A program made the position numbers and the translations under genes. Below the pieces are notes generated by a model, which worked only from the letters and a program-made list of their open reading frames with translations, ran no database searches and was not told the origin of the DNA. Shown piece after piece: positions 35,973 to 45,859 of a stretch of 64,000 nt of DNA. The stretch comes from Candidatus Multivoradales bacterium (lineage in GTDB: Bacteria > Acidobacteriota > Thermoanaerobaculia > Multivoradales > JAHEKO01): the NCBI GenBank assembly GCA_965223855.1, contig CBDCXM010000009.1:640001-704000 (forward strand), given 5' to 3'. Every line of letters starts with the position of its first letter. Position 1 is the first letter of the stretch.

Positions 35973-37307
35973 ATGACTACGTTCGAGCCCAGCCCCGATC
36001 TCGATCCCGCCGTAGCCCAGGCGATTCAGGACGCGATGAGTGCTCTGCGTGCCGAGTTCCTCGGCGGCGGCGCGAAGAACGAGACGGATCGTATCGAACA
36101 GCTCGACGAAGCGGTCCGGGCGCTCGACCGCGCGGAAGGCCAGACCGAGCTGCTGGCAGCACTGCTCGAGGAGGCGGGGAGGTTCGCCGAACGATCGCTG
36201 TTCCTCGTTCGCGACGACCACCGCTTCACCGGCTGGGCCGCGTTCGGATTCGGTTCGAGCGACGACGAGGTCGCAGCGGTGGAGGTCAGCGGTGGCGCCT
36301 GGTCGCGACTGACGGACGATCGCGAGCCGGTCGATCTGTCGGCGGCCGACTGCGGGGAAGTCTGCGCGGCGCTCGGAGCGCGGCACGCCGAAGGCGGGCT
36401 CGCCGTGCCGTTCGAGTTGCGAGGCTCGACCGCCGGGGCTCTCTATGCCGACGGATCGACGATCGATCGTGCTGCTCTGCGCCTGCTCGTTTACATCGCC
36501 GCGCAGGCGCTCGAGACGTTGCCGGTGAGAAGGGGCGCTGCACCGGCCGCCCCTGCCGAGCGTGTGGCGGCACCGCCACCGGTCGAGCCCCCCACGCCCG
36601 CGGCCCCCGCCGCAGACGAGACGCCGGAGCCCGAGCCGACCCCCGAGCCGACCCCCGAGAAGCGCGTCCGCGACGAGGAGGTCGAGGACGCAATCGCCAG
36701 CGCCACCGAGAGGGTCGTCCCCGAGGAGACCACGAAGGCGCCCGAGCGGGACGATCTGGTGTCGATCCATCAGGACGTCACCCCGGAAGGCTTCGACACC
36801 GTGGTGGAGGACTTCACCACCTCCGAGGAGGTCGATCTCGATCAGGTGGTGACAGCCGAAATCGACGACCTCGAGGCCATCGACGAGCCCGAGGTGGATC
36901 CGGGCTTCGCCACCCAGGAGATCTCGACTCTCGAGGAGCCACCGCCGGAGCCGGAACCGAAAGCACCGAGCCGGTCGATCGAGCAGAGTGAGTTCGCGCC
37001 TCCCGCCGAGCTCGACGGTCCCGGCTGGGCGTTCGGCGACCGCAAGAACGAGGACGACGCCGGGCACGAGGAAGCGCGCCGTCTGGCGAGATTGCTGGTC
37101 ACCGAGATCAAGCTCTACAACGAAGAGAAGGTGCGCGAGGCGAGAGAGAGCGGCTCTCTGTACGAGGCTCTCAAGGAAGACATCGACCGCTCTCGCAGGA
37201 TCTACAGCGAGCGGATCGAAGAGACCGTCCGCGACTCGAGCGACTACTTCCAGGACGAGCTCGTCCGGATCCTCGCCGGCGGCGACGCGTCCGCTCTGGG
37301 CGCTTGA
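35973..37307 (+). CDS. Hypothetical protein: GAF-like domain, acidic linker, conserved-looking C-terminal helical domain
   Basis: LAVPFELRGSTAGALYAD (GAF-like) and C-terminal HEEARRLARLLVTEIKLYNE...DIDRSRRIY. Confidence 0.7.
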   Translation: MTTFEPSPDLDPAVAQAIQDAMSALRAEFLGGGAKNETDRIEQLDEAVRALDRAEGQTELLAALLEEAGRFAERSLFLVRDDHRFTGWAAFGFGSSDDEVAAVEVSGGAWSRLTDDREPVDLSAADCGEVCAALGARHAEGGLAVPFELRGSTAGALYADGSTIDRAALRLLVYIAAQALETLPVRRGAAPAAPAERVAAPPPVEPPTPAAPAADETPEPEPTPEPTPEKRVRDEEVEDAIASATERVVPEETTKAPERDDLVSIHQDVTPEGFDTVVEDFTTSEEVDLDQVVTAEIDDLEAIDEPEVDPGFATQEISTLEEPPPEPEPKAPSRSIEQSEFAPPAELDGPGWAFGDRKNEDDAGHEEARRLARLLVTEIKLYNEEKVREARESGSLYEALKEDIDRSRRIYSERIEETVRDSSDYFQDELVRILAGGDASALGA

Positions 37308-39547
37308 CGCGCGCGGCGGCCGGCCTCGCGCTCGCCGTCGCCCTGACGGCCATCGCCCTTGCCGGAAGCGAGGGCACCGCGGGTGCTCTCGCTCCGACGA
37401 CGACGGCGTCAACGGCTACCGCATCTCATCGGCCGCTCGCCACGGGCCCGGCACTGCCGACCGCGGTCGCCGAAGGCTGGCCGCTCGAGAGCCTCTCGGC
37501 CGCAGCGGCAGCCTTCCGGGAAGGAGGGCCGGGGGCGGCGCGACGCATCCTCGGCGACGGTTCCGATCGCGGGCACCGCGCCTTGCTGCTCGGGCTCTAC
37601 GCCTGGTCGGCCGGCGAACCGACGACGGCGGCCTCGCTGCTCGAGCACGGTCGTGACCCTACCGGGCTGCTCGAGGACTGGCGACTCCACGCACTGGCAG
37701 AAGCGCTCGCCGAAACCGGCGCCCACGAGCGATCGCTCGCAGAACTCGAGCGCCTTCTGGCGGCCCACGCCGACTCCCCCCTGCACGCCGAGAGCCATCG
37801 CCGCCGCCTCGAGACGACCTACCGCTCGGGGGACTGGCTCGGAGCGCTGCGCGGCATCGAGGCGGCTCGGCAGCTCGGCCTTCACGATGACCTGGCACCG
37901 CGACTCGACCTGCTGGAATGGGAGATCGCCGAGGCGCGCGAGCTTCCCGACCTGCAGCGCGAGACGGCGCGGCACCTGCTCGTCCACCATCCGCTCGAGG
38001 CGTCCGAGCTTCGAGCCGTGGAGTTGTTCCGGCGCCCGGACGGCGAGGTGCCGTGGGAACAATTCCTGAGCGACGCCGACCTCGTCGAACGAGCCCGTCA
38101 ACTGCTGCGCAGCGGTGTCGCTTCCGCTGCCTTGCCGGCGCTCGAGGCGGTGCCCGAGGTCCGTCGCGACCTCGACTGGTTCCTGCTCGAGGCCGAGGCG
38201 CTGACCCTCGAACGCAGGGGAGCCGACGCGCTCGCCGCCCTGGCTCGCCGCCCATCGACGCCGCACGATCGATTGACCCAGATCCGGCAGGCGAGGGCCG
38301 CTGCGGCGCTCGAAGCGGCGACCGTGCGACGGGGGAGGGCAAACGCCGACGCCGAGCAGCGCTCACGCTGGCGCGATGCCGCCTGGCAGGATCTGTGGCG
38401 CATCGCCCTCGACGCCGAGGACAGCGGGGACCGTATCGCTGCGCTGCGCCGTCTCTACCGTCTTGCCGACCTCGAAGAGAACTTCGAGCTCGCCGTCGAC
38501 GTGCTGCGCCGCCTGAGAATCGAGGACCCGGAGGAGATCACCGGTTATCGCGACCTGTGGAAGCTCGGCTGGCGCGCCTTCCGCGAGGACGACCTGACGG
38601 TGGCGATCGGCATCTGGCGGGAGCTTCAGAACCTCTATCCCGAGGTGTCGACGGCCCGTCAGGCGCTCTACTGGTCGGCGGTCGCCCATCAGGGGCTCGG
38701 CGACACCGACCGCTCGCGACGCCTGCTCGCTCAGGTCGTGTCTGCCGACACGTTCGACTTCTACTCCCGGCACGCCGCTCGCCGGCTCGGCAGCGCCCCT
38801 CGCCGCGGACGGCCGCTGCCGGTCTCCGAGCCGTGGCCGTCCTCCGGTCTCCTCGCCCGCACCGCTCTGCTGAGCGAGCTCGGCCTGGACACTGCGGCGG
38901 CCTACGAACTCGAGCTTCTGCGGGAGCGGGCCGAGCCGCGGGCGGTCGAGGCTCTCGACGCTCTGATCCTCGCGCGGCGCGGCAACCGCCGCGACAGCGT
39001 GCAGGCTGCCTGGCGAGCCTTCAAGCGACTCGGCAAGCCGGGGCAGACCGCCGTACCGAGGTCGATGCGCGAGCTCTACTACCCGCTCGAGTACGAGGCG
39101 TCGATCTCGCGCTGGGCGAAGGAGCGCGGGCTCGACCCCGAGCTGGTGTTCGCCATCGTGCGCCAGGAAAGCGCGTTCGATGCAGCAGCGGTCAGTCGGG
39201 CGGGAGCTCGCGGGTTGATGCAGCTCATGCCCGCGACCGGTCGCGAGCTCGCCGGCAAGCTCGGCCTCTCGTACTCGACGACGCGTCTGCTCGATCCCGA
39301 GTACAGCGTGCGGCTCGGAACCCGCTACTTCGCTCAGGTACTCGCGATGTTCGACGGTGACGTCGAGCTGGCGCTCGCCGGCTACAACGGCGGCCCCTAC
39401 CGGATCCGTCGCTGGTGGCGGGAAGCGGGACCGGACCACGGTGTCGACCGCTTCGTCGAAGGTCTCGCCCTTGCGGAGACGACGAGCTACGTCAAGAGGA
39501 TCGTCAGCCTCCGCGACAGCTACGAAGCGCTCTACGGAGCGGGCTGA
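37304..39547 (+). CDS. Soluble lytic murein transglycosylase with TPR-like N terminus
   Basis: IVRQESAF, GARGLMQLMP, AGYNGGP and ETTSYV motifs. Confidence 0.92.
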   Translation: MTRAAAGLALAVALTAIALAGSEGTAGALAPTTTASTATASHRPLATGPALPTAVAEGWPLESLSAAAAAFREGGPGAARRILGDGSDRGHRALLLGLYAWSAGEPTTAASLLEHGRDPTGLLEDWRLHALAEALAETGAHERSLAELERLLAAHADSPLHAESHRRRLETTYRSGDWLGALRGIEAARQLGLHDDLAPRLDLLEWEIAEARELPDLQRETARHLLVHHPLEASELRAVELFRRPDGEVPWEQFLSDADLVERARQLLRSGVASAALPALEAVPEVRRDLDWFLLEAEALTLERRGADALAALARRPSTPHDRLTQIRQARAAAALEAATVRRGRANADAEQRSRWRDAAWQDLWRIALDAEDSGDRIAALRRLYRLADLEENFELAVDVLRRLRIEDPEEITGYRDLWKLGWRAFREDDLTVAIGIWRELQNLYPEVSTARQALYWSAVAHQGLGDTDRSRRLLAQVVSADTFDFYSRHAARRLGSAPRRGRPLPVSEPWPSSGLLARTALLSELGLDTAAAYELELLRERAEPRAVEALDALILARRGNRRDSVQAAWRAFKRLGKPGQTAVPRSMRELYYPLEYEASISRWAKERGLDPELVFAIVRQESAFDAAAVSRAGARGLMQLMPATGRELAGKLGLSYSTTRLLDPEYSVRLGTRYFAQVLAMFDGDVELALAGYNGGPYRIRRWWREAGPDHGVDRFVEGLALAETTSYVKRIVSLRDSYEALYGAG

Positions 39548-39656
39548 CCCAGTCCCCATAGAACCGGTATACTTCAAGGCTATTTCGGAGGCCCGGCGAA
39601 GCAATCAGGCCGGGTGCCGGGGGCGGGCCGGCGCGACGCTGGAATCCGCGGTACAC

Positions 39657-39729
39657 GGGTCCATAGCTCAGCGGTTAGAGCATCCGGCTCATAACCGGCA
39701 GGTCCCTGGTTCGAATCCAGGTGGACCCA
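39657..39729 (+). tRNA. tRNA with CAT anticodon (probably Ile2, possibly elongator Met); CCA not encoded
   Basis: Acceptor GGGTCCA/TGGACCC, D arm AGCTCAGCGGTTAGAGC, anticodon arm CCGG-CTCATAA-CCGG, T loop GGTTCGAATCC. No initiator C1:A72 mismatch. Confidence 0.93.
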
Positions 39730-39742
39730 CATAGGAGAGTCG

Positions 39743-40501
39743 ATGTCGGCGAGTTCAACGACCACAACGATTGACGTCATTGTCGAGCTGCAGGAGACCC
39801 ACGACGAGCTGACCGCGGCGGAAGCGCTGCTCGGCGGGATCCCCGACTGGATGCAGGAGCTGCATGCCGAGTACTCCGAGCGGCGCGCCGCGATCGACTC
39901 GATTCAGGAGGGCATCGACCAGGCGGCCTCCGACCGCAGGACCGCCGAGGCCGAGATCGCCGACGCGCAGGAGAAGCTGGCGCACTACCAGGACCAGATC
40001 GGCCGGGTGCGCAATCAGCGTGAGTACAGCGCCCTTCTGCAGGAGATCGACATCGTCAAGCAGGCGATCCAGACGCACGACGAGAGCAGTCTGGAAGCGC
40101 TCGAGCGGCACGAGGCCGAGACCGGCCGTCTGGAAGAGGAACGGCAGGCGTTCGCGGATCTCGAGGAGCGCTACAACGGCGAGCTCGCCAAGTGGGAGGC
40201 GCAGAAGCCCGACGTCGCCGCCAACGCTGCGAGCCTCAAGGCAAAGATCGACGAGTTGCGGGAACAGCTCGAGCCCGGCGATCTCAGGGCTTTCGACGTC
40301 AACTACGAGCGGTTCGGCGGCGCCGCCCTCGCCCGGATTCAGCTGGTGCAACGACCCGGCAAGGGCCCTCAGATGTGGCACTGCAGCAACTGCAACTATC
40401 GGGTTCTGCCGCAGGCGCTCGTCGAGGTGCGCAATCACGGGTCCGTCGTGCTCTGCGACAGTTGTAAGCGCATTCTCCACTTCGTCGAGAGCGACGACTG
40501 A
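39743..40501 (+). CDS. Coiled-coil plus C4 zinc-ribbon protein (DUF164/CT398-like)
   Basis: Long coiled coil, NQREYSALLQEI, and CSNC...CDSCKRIL. Confidence 0.88.
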   Translation: MSASSTTTTIDVIVELQETHDELTAAEALLGGIPDWMQELHAEYSERRAAIDSIQEGIDQAASDRRTAEAEIADAQEKLAHYQDQIGRVRNQREYSALLQEIDIVKQAIQTHDESSLEALERHEAETGRLEEERQAFADLEERYNGELAKWEAQKPDVAANAASLKAKIDELREQLEPGDLRAFDVNYERFGGAALARIQLVQRPGKGPQMWHCSNCNYRVLPQALVEVRNHGSVVLCDSCKRILHFVESDD

Positions 40502-40530
40502 GGAAGCTCCGCGTCCGGCGGAGACGACCC

Positions 40531-41244
40531 TTGACCGACCCGCACGGCGTCGCCTCACGGCTGGCGGCGGTCGAGGAGCGGATCTCGGACGCCTGCCTCG
40601 AAGCAGGGCGGCCGCGCGGCGGTGTCACCCTGATCGGCGCCAGCAAGGTGCACCCTCCGGAGGTGCTGGCAGCCGCCTACGATGCCGGTCTGCGCACCTT
40701 CGGCGAGAACCGCGTGCAGGAGGGGCTCGAGAAGGCGCCGCAGCTGCCGGACGACATCGACTGGCATCTGATCGGACCGCTCCAGTCGAACAAGGTGCGC
40801 AAGGCGGTGACGCTCTTCTCGACGATCCACTCGATCGACCGCCTCAAGATCGCCCGCGCCATCGATCGCGTCGCCGCCGAGAGCGGCGCCAGGAGGACCG
40901 GCCTGATCGAGGTCAACGTCGGCGGCGAAGCGAGCAAGCACGGCTTCGATCCGGGGACTCTCGCGCGCGATCTCGAAGAGCTGGTGAGGCTCGAAGCGCT
41001 CGACATCGCCGGCCTGATGACGATCCCCCCGTTCGGCGGCACCGCTGAGGCGTCGCGCCCCTGGTTCGAGCGGCTGCGCACCCTCGCAGAGGAGATCGGC
41101 GGCCTCGGACTGCCCGGTTGGCGAGGCTGGCTGTCGATGGGGATGAGTCACGACCTCGAAGTCGCGATCGAGTGCGGCGCCACCCATGTGAGGGTCGGCA
41201 CCGATCTCTTCGGGCCACGACCGCCCCGTGGAGCGCCTCGATGA
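40531..41244 (+). CDS. yggS: YggS-family PLP homeostasis protein
   Basis: GASK, FGENRVQE, WHLIGPLQSNK, LSMGMSHD and GATHVRVGT motifs. Confidence 0.95.
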   Translation: MTDPHGVASRLAAVEERISDACLEAGRPRGGVTLIGASKVHPPEVLAAAYDAGLRTFGENRVQEGLEKAPQLPDDIDWHLIGPLQSNKVRKAVTLFSTIHSIDRLKIARAIDRVAAESGARRTGLIEVNVGGEASKHGFDPGTLARDLEELVRLEALDIAGLMTIPPFGGTAEASRPWFERLRTLAEEIGGLGLPGWRGWLSMGMSHDLEVAIECGATHVRVGTDLFGPRPPRGAPR

Positions 41245-41531
41245 GCGCGACCGGCAGAGCCGCATCGATGGCGCGCCACGCGCCTCACTACCGATCCGAG
41301 CTCCTCGAGCAGGACGAGTGGGCATCGTGGCGCGTAGCGACCCTGCTCGAGGACGGCGATCGTCGCGAGTTGCGCGCGCTCGTCGAGGACGTCGGAGCGA
41401 AGCGGCTGAGGCAGTGGCTCGTCGAACGAGGCGCGCGGCAGCTGTCGCGTCGCAGCCTCGCCTTCTGGGCGCTCGTTCTCGATGCGAAAGTGACGGCGAC
41501 CTCCGGACGGGACGAGCTGTGGCCGCTGTGA
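41241..41531 (+). CDS. Small DUF6922-like protein, putative partner of AbiEii-like gene
   Basis: LLEDGD..EL and LSRRSLAFW motifs. ATGA/GTGA overlaps with both neighbours. Confidence 0.6.
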   Translation: MSATGRAASMARHAPHYRSELLEQDEWASWRVATLLEDGDRRELRALVEDVGAKRLRQWLVERGARQLSRRSLAFWALVLDAKVTATSGRDELWPL

Positions 41532-42235
41532 CGCCCGTCGCCGGCGAGGTACTCGCCCCCGAGGCCCGGGAGAGCCTGCGCACCCTCGCCCGGGTGCCGG
41601 CGATCGCCGACATGTACCTCGCCGGGTCGGCGGCGCTGGCCCTCTACCTCGACCATCGCCCGGTCCGCCAGCTCGACTTCATGGCCGCCGGCAACCGGCT
41701 GCTGCCGCCCGACCGCCGCGACCTGCTGGAGGCGCTGCTGGCCCGGGACACGGGCACCAGCGTCGAGACGGCCCGCGACGGCTTGCTCCACGTCCGGACG
41801 GGCAACGACACGGTCGTGCGTTTCTACTACTACCCGTACCCGCTGATCGACCCGGAAGAGGAGGCGCTCGGGCTGCCGGTCGCCTCGCTGCTCGATCTCG
41901 GATTGATGAAGCTGGGAGCGATCATCAGTCGCGGCACGCGGCGCGACTTCGTCGATCTCCATCTGTTGACGCAGGTGCTGCCGCTGGCGACCCTGCTCGA
42001 ACGCTCCCACGAGAAGTTCGGTCATGTGCGCGACTTCCCGCTCCAGGCGCTCAAGGGGCTCGCCGACTTCTCGCTCACCGAGGGAGAGCCGATGCCGCGC
42101 CTCAACACGGCGCTCGACTGGCACGAGGTCCGCGAGCGACTCGAGACCGAGGTCGCGCACCTGGCAGGAGGGGAGTTCGGCCTCCCGGGTGGCCGCCCGG
42201 TAGAGACGGCTCCAGATGGAGGAGAGCGATCGTGA
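41528..42235 (+). CDS. AbiEii/AbiGii-family nucleotidyltransferase-like protein (degenerate motif)
   Basis: YLAGSAALALYLDHRPVRQLDF and MKLGAIISRGTRRDFVDL. Confidence 0.78.
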   Translation: MTPVAGEVLAPEARESLRTLARVPAIADMYLAGSAALALYLDHRPVRQLDFMAAGNRLLPPDRRDLLEALLARDTGTSVETARDGLLHVRTGNDTVVRFYYYPYPLIDPEEEALGLPVASLLDLGLMKLGAIISRGTRRDFVDLHLLTQVLPLATLLERSHEKFGHVRDFPLQALKGLADFSLTEGEPMPRLNTALDWHEVRERLETEVAHLAGGEFGLPGGRPVETAPDGGERS

Positions 42236-43503
42236 CGATGTTGTGGATCGAGGGAGCGACGGACCTGGCGACTCCGCTGGGCGACACCCCGCGTGCCGGG
42301 GCGGCGCAAGGGCGCCTCGAGCGACACTCGAACGTCGATCTGCTGTGCCGCGACGGTGAAATCGTCGCGATCGGCCCCGCCGCGGAGATCGCCGCCGCGG
42401 TAGAGGCGGCCGGCGACGAAGGCATCGAGCGCTTCGACGCGCGCGGCCGCACGCTGATCCCCGGCTTCGTCGATCCGCACACCCACCTGCCGTGGGCGGG
42501 CAGTCGGGAAGGGGAGTTCGCACAGCGCCTCGCCGGGCGCAGCTATCAGGAGATCGCCGCAGAGGGCGGCGGCATCCTCTCGACGGTCCGGACCACCCGT
42601 GAGGCGGACGAGGACGAGATTGCACGGCTGACCCGCGCGCGACTCGACCGGATGCTCGCCTGGGGCACGACGACGGTCGAGGCCAAGAGCGGGTACGGGC
42701 TTTCGGTCGAAGCCGAGCTCAAGCAGCTGCGCTCCCTCGACAAGGCGGCCGAAGACCACCCTCTCGACGTCGTGCCGACGCTCCTCGCCGCCCACGAGAC
42801 ACCGCCCGAGCTGCGTCCCGACACCGATCGCTACGTCGACATCGTGTGTAGCGAGATCGTACCGGCGGTGGCCGAGGCAGAGCTCGCGACCTACTGCGAC
42901 GTCTTCTGCGAGGAGGGGGTGTTCTCGCCGGAACAGTCGCGTCGGGTGCTCGAGGCGGGGCTCGCCCACGGCCTCGTCCCCCGGCTGCACGCAGACGAGT
43001 TCGTCGATTCCCACGGCGCCGAGCTGGCCGCTGAGGTCGGAGCCGTCACGGCGGACCATCTGATGGCCGTCTCGACGCGGGGCCTCGAATCGCTGCGCGA
43101 CGGCGGCGTGCTTGCCGGTCTGCTCCCCGGGACTAGCTTCTTCCTCAAGAAGAAGGTGTACGCCCCGGCGCGGCGACTGATCGAAGAGGGGGTCGCCGTG
43201 ACGCTGGCGACCGACTGCAACCCCGGTTCGTCCCACACCGAGTCGATGCCGATGATCTTCTGGCTCGCGGTTCTCGAACTCGACATGACGGTCGAGGAGG
43301 CTCTGACCGCGGCCACTCTCAACGCCGCCTGCAGTGTCGGCATGGGAGAGCGCATCGGCTCGCTGGAGATCGGCAAGCAGGCCGACGTCGTGATTCTGGA
43401 GGGGTCGAGCTTCGACTCTCTCGCCTACCACTACGGAATCCACCCGATCCACGCGGTCGTCAAGCGTGGAAGGGTCGTCTTCGAGGCTTCGGACCCGGCC
43501 TGA
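42232..43503 (+). CDS. hutI: Imidazolonepropionase
   Basis: PGFVDPHTH, GGGILSTV, GTTTVEAKSGYGL, DVFCE, HADEF, ADHL and ATDCNPGSS motifs. Confidence 0.95.
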   Translation: MTMLWIEGATDLATPLGDTPRAGAAQGRLERHSNVDLLCRDGEIVAIGPAAEIAAAVEAAGDEGIERFDARGRTLIPGFVDPHTHLPWAGSREGEFAQRLAGRSYQEIAAEGGGILSTVRTTREADEDEIARLTRARLDRMLAWGTTTVEAKSGYGLSVEAELKQLRSLDKAAEDHPLDVVPTLLAAHETPPELRPDTDRYVDIVCSEIVPAVAEAELATYCDVFCEEGVFSPEQSRRVLEAGLAHGLVPRLHADEFVDSHGAELAAEVGAVTADHLMAVSTRGLESLRDGGVLAGLLPGTSFFLKKKVYAPARRLIEEGVAVTLATDCNPGSSHTESMPMIFWLAVLELDMTVEEALTAATLNAACSVGMGERIGSLEIGKQADVVILEGSSFDSLAYHYGIHPIHAVVKRGRVVFEASDPA

Positions 43504-43536
43504 CGACTCGGTCTCCCTCGAGGCGGGGTGCGATCG

Positions 43537-44169
43537 TCAGTCCTGTACGAGAGCCAGACGGGCGGCCGTGATGAGGGCGTTCTCGCCTTCGACCAGCTGC
43601 GCTCCGCGACGGCCGAGCGAGAACTTGATCTCGATCGCCGTATCGAGATCCGCGGCCCTCCGAACCCGCACCAGCTTGGCTGGCAGCGTCTCCGGAGCGT
43701 AGCGCCAGATCTCGACCTGTACCTCACGCATCGTCGAACGTGACCCTCGGCGCCCTGGCTTCCAGGCCAGCGAGTCTTCGGTCGCGATCTGCATGTGCGG
43801 CGGAGGGCCGAGAAGGATGAGGGCACGGCCACGAGCGGTGAGACTCCCCCGTTCGTTCCTCTCTGCATAAAGCAGATCGGCGGCCTCGACCCGGGCCAGG
43901 AACTGAGCGCGGAACTCGTTGTCGATCGTCGCCGGCTCCGGATCGCGCAACTGCCAGAAGCGCTCGACGAAGTTGGCAGCCTCGGCGGGTGTCTCGACGC
44001 GCCGGATCTCGCGCCAGTCGCTGGGGAGCAGGAGCCATCTCACCGGACCCTGGGCCCAGTCCATCAACTCCTCCGTGCCGTCGGACGACTGACCGGTCGC
44101 GACCGCCGGTTGGATCACCGCCAGGGTCACCGCCAGAGCGGCCAGTCGGTACCTCCGAGTCCTGCTCAG
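43537..44169 (-). CDS. GWxTD-domain protein
   Basis: FVERFWQLRDP.P.T..NEFR, GSLTARGRALILLGPP and EIWRY. Start is either CTG 44169 or GTG 44130. Confidence 0.78.
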   Translation of the reverse strand: MSRTRRYRLAALAVTLAVIQPAVATGQSSDGTEELMDWAQGPVRWLLLPSDWREIRRVETPAEAANFVERFWQLRDPEPATIDNEFRAQFLARVEAADLLYAERNERGSLTARGRALILLGPPPHMQIATEDSLAWKPGRRGSRSTMREVQVEIWRYAPETLPAKLVRVRRAADLDTAIEIKFSLGRRGAQLVEGENALITAARLALVQD

Positions 44170-44444
44170 TTGAGCGGGCCTCCGGAAGGCTCGGCTGCCT
44201 CGACGATCTCGCCGAAACGGTCCTCGTAGCGTCTCAGGTTGTCCCCCAGCGCGTGGAGGATCCGTTTGAGATGCCCCGGGCTGGTGACGATCCTCGCCGT
44301 GACCGCCCCTTGCGGCGGCACCACGTTGATGAAGTCGAGGATGAACTCCTCCCGGGTATGGGTGATGCGGAGCAGATTCGAGTAGCGCCCTTTGAGCTCC
44401 TCGTCCGCGATCTTGATGTTGATGCCGTTCTCGGAATCGGCCAT
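44166..44444 (-). CDS. DUF3467-family protein
   Basis: GRYSNLLRITHTREEFILDF...ARIVTSPGHLKR...YEDRFGEI. Confidence 0.85.
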   Translation of the reverse strand: MADSENGINIKIADEELKGRYSNLLRITHTREEFILDFINVVPPQGAVTARIVTSPGHLKRILHALGDNLRRYEDRFGEIVEAAEPSGGPLN

Positions 44445-44574
44445 GGCTGTCTCCTCAGGTGCAACGAATCATGCTAGCAATCCCGTCGCGAGCGGCCACG
44501 ACTGCGGTCGTCGGCCGACGTCCCGTCGATTCGGCTTTCTGCCGGTCCTGCCGCCCGGGGCGGTCCCGGGAGGA

Positions 44575-45744
44575 TCAGTTGCCCCGGCGGCGGCGCTCTT
44601 CGAGCTCGCGCAGGCGCTCCATGATCTCCTTGCGCTTGAGCTCGATTTCCTTCTTGTAGTCGACCAGCCGGCCCTCGTTGATGACGAAGACGCGCGGGAA
44701 CTTCTGGACGTCGCCGCGCTCGTCGAACTGCAGCATTCCGGTCACGCCCTGAAAGTCGCGCAGGCCGCGCAGACCACTCCACAGTTCGCTCGGGAACTCG
44801 CCACCCGACTGCTCGATCGCCGCTGCGAGCACCAGCACCGAGTCGTAGCCGTGTGCCGCGTAGAGGTCGGGGGTGAGTCCGTACTTCTCGCGGTAGGCAT
44901 CGACGAACGACTTGATCTGCTCCTCTTCGCTCTTGGTGTCGAATCCGGCCTGGGTCAGGAAGACACCCTCTGCCGGCTCACCGACCTGCTCGATGATCTC
45001 CGGCGACGCGAAGGCGGCTGTCGAGAGAATCCGCCCCGCGAACTCGCGCGACCGAAGCTCGCGGATGATCTCTGCGATGTCGTCGGCGTAGGCGGCGAGG
45101 TAGACCGCATCCGGCTCGAGGGTCATCACTCGATCGACGAGACCGGTGAAGTCCCCGCCGGCCGGGAAGACGATCTTCTCCAACACCTCTCCTCCCTGGC
45201 GCTCGAAGTTGGTCTCGAAGACCTCTCGATTGCCCTGGGCGTAGGCGTCCTCCTTGGCGAGGATCACGGCGGTCGCCACCTTGAGCTCCTGGGTGGCGAA
45301 GTTCGCCATCGTCGTGCCTTCGCGCGCGTCGGAGACGAACACCCGGTAGAAGTACTTCGAGATCCCGGTCAGCTCCGGTGTCGACGCCGACGGTGAGAGC
45401 AGCACCCGGCTCGCCCCGTCGGCGACCGCGACGGCCTTGAGCGCCTCCGGTGTCGTCACTCCGCCGATCACGGCCGTCGCACCGTCGATGTAGAGCTGCT
45501 CCACGAACTGCGCGGCCTTGTCGGGGTCGCTCTCGGAGTCGAGCACCGAAAGCTTGTACTGAACTTCGGTCTCCTGTTGCAGCAGCCGCTCGAAGGCAAG
45601 TTGGATCCCCTTCTCGATCGACTGGCCGTAGAGCTGGAAATCGCCGGTCAGTGGGAGAACGGCTCCGATCTGGACGGACGTTTCGCCCCCGCATCCCGCG
45701 AGGGCCAGGGACGTCAGGAGGAAACAGATCAGCGCTCTTCGCAT
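44575..45744 (-). CDS. LivK-like ABC substrate-binding lipoprotein
   Basis: LAGC lipobox, IGAVLPLTG, AAHGYD and FQGVTGMLQFDERGD. Confidence 0.88.
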   Translation of the reverse strand: MRRALICFLLTSLALAGCGGETSVQIGAVLPLTGDFQLYGQSIEKGIQLAFERLLQQETEVQYKLSVLDSESDPDKAAQFVEQLYIDGATAVIGGVTTPEALKAVAVADGASRVLLSPSASTPELTGISKYFYRVFVSDAREGTTMANFATQELKVATAVILAKEDAYAQGNREVFETNFERQGGEVLEKIVFPAGGDFTGLVDRVMTLEPDAVYLAAYADDIAEIIRELRSREFAGRILSTAAFASPEIIEQVGEPAEGVFLTQAGFDTKSEEEQIKSFVDAYREKYGLTPDLYAAHGYDSVLVLAAAIEQSGGEFPSELWSGLRGLRDFQGVTGMLQFDERGDVQKFPRVFVINEGRLVDYKKEIELKRKEIMERLRELEERRRRGN

Positions 45745-45859
45745 GGGCCAGCCTCCACTCGAGAATGACGGGTATCTGCCCGGTTTGTAACCCACGGCCC
45801 TGAGGGTGTCAAGCTGGCGCGGTCGATCCAAACCGGTTCGGGCGTGGCACAATCCACTC

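Noticed and set aside
36540-36660. Pro/Ala/Glu-rich repeats here and at 25380-25560
   Set aside because: Ordinary low-complexity protein linkers.
39657-42235. tRNA as an integration site for an island carrying the AbiEii-like pair
   Set aside because: No integrase and no duplicated tRNA 3' end seen. The genes right after the tRNA are housekeeping.
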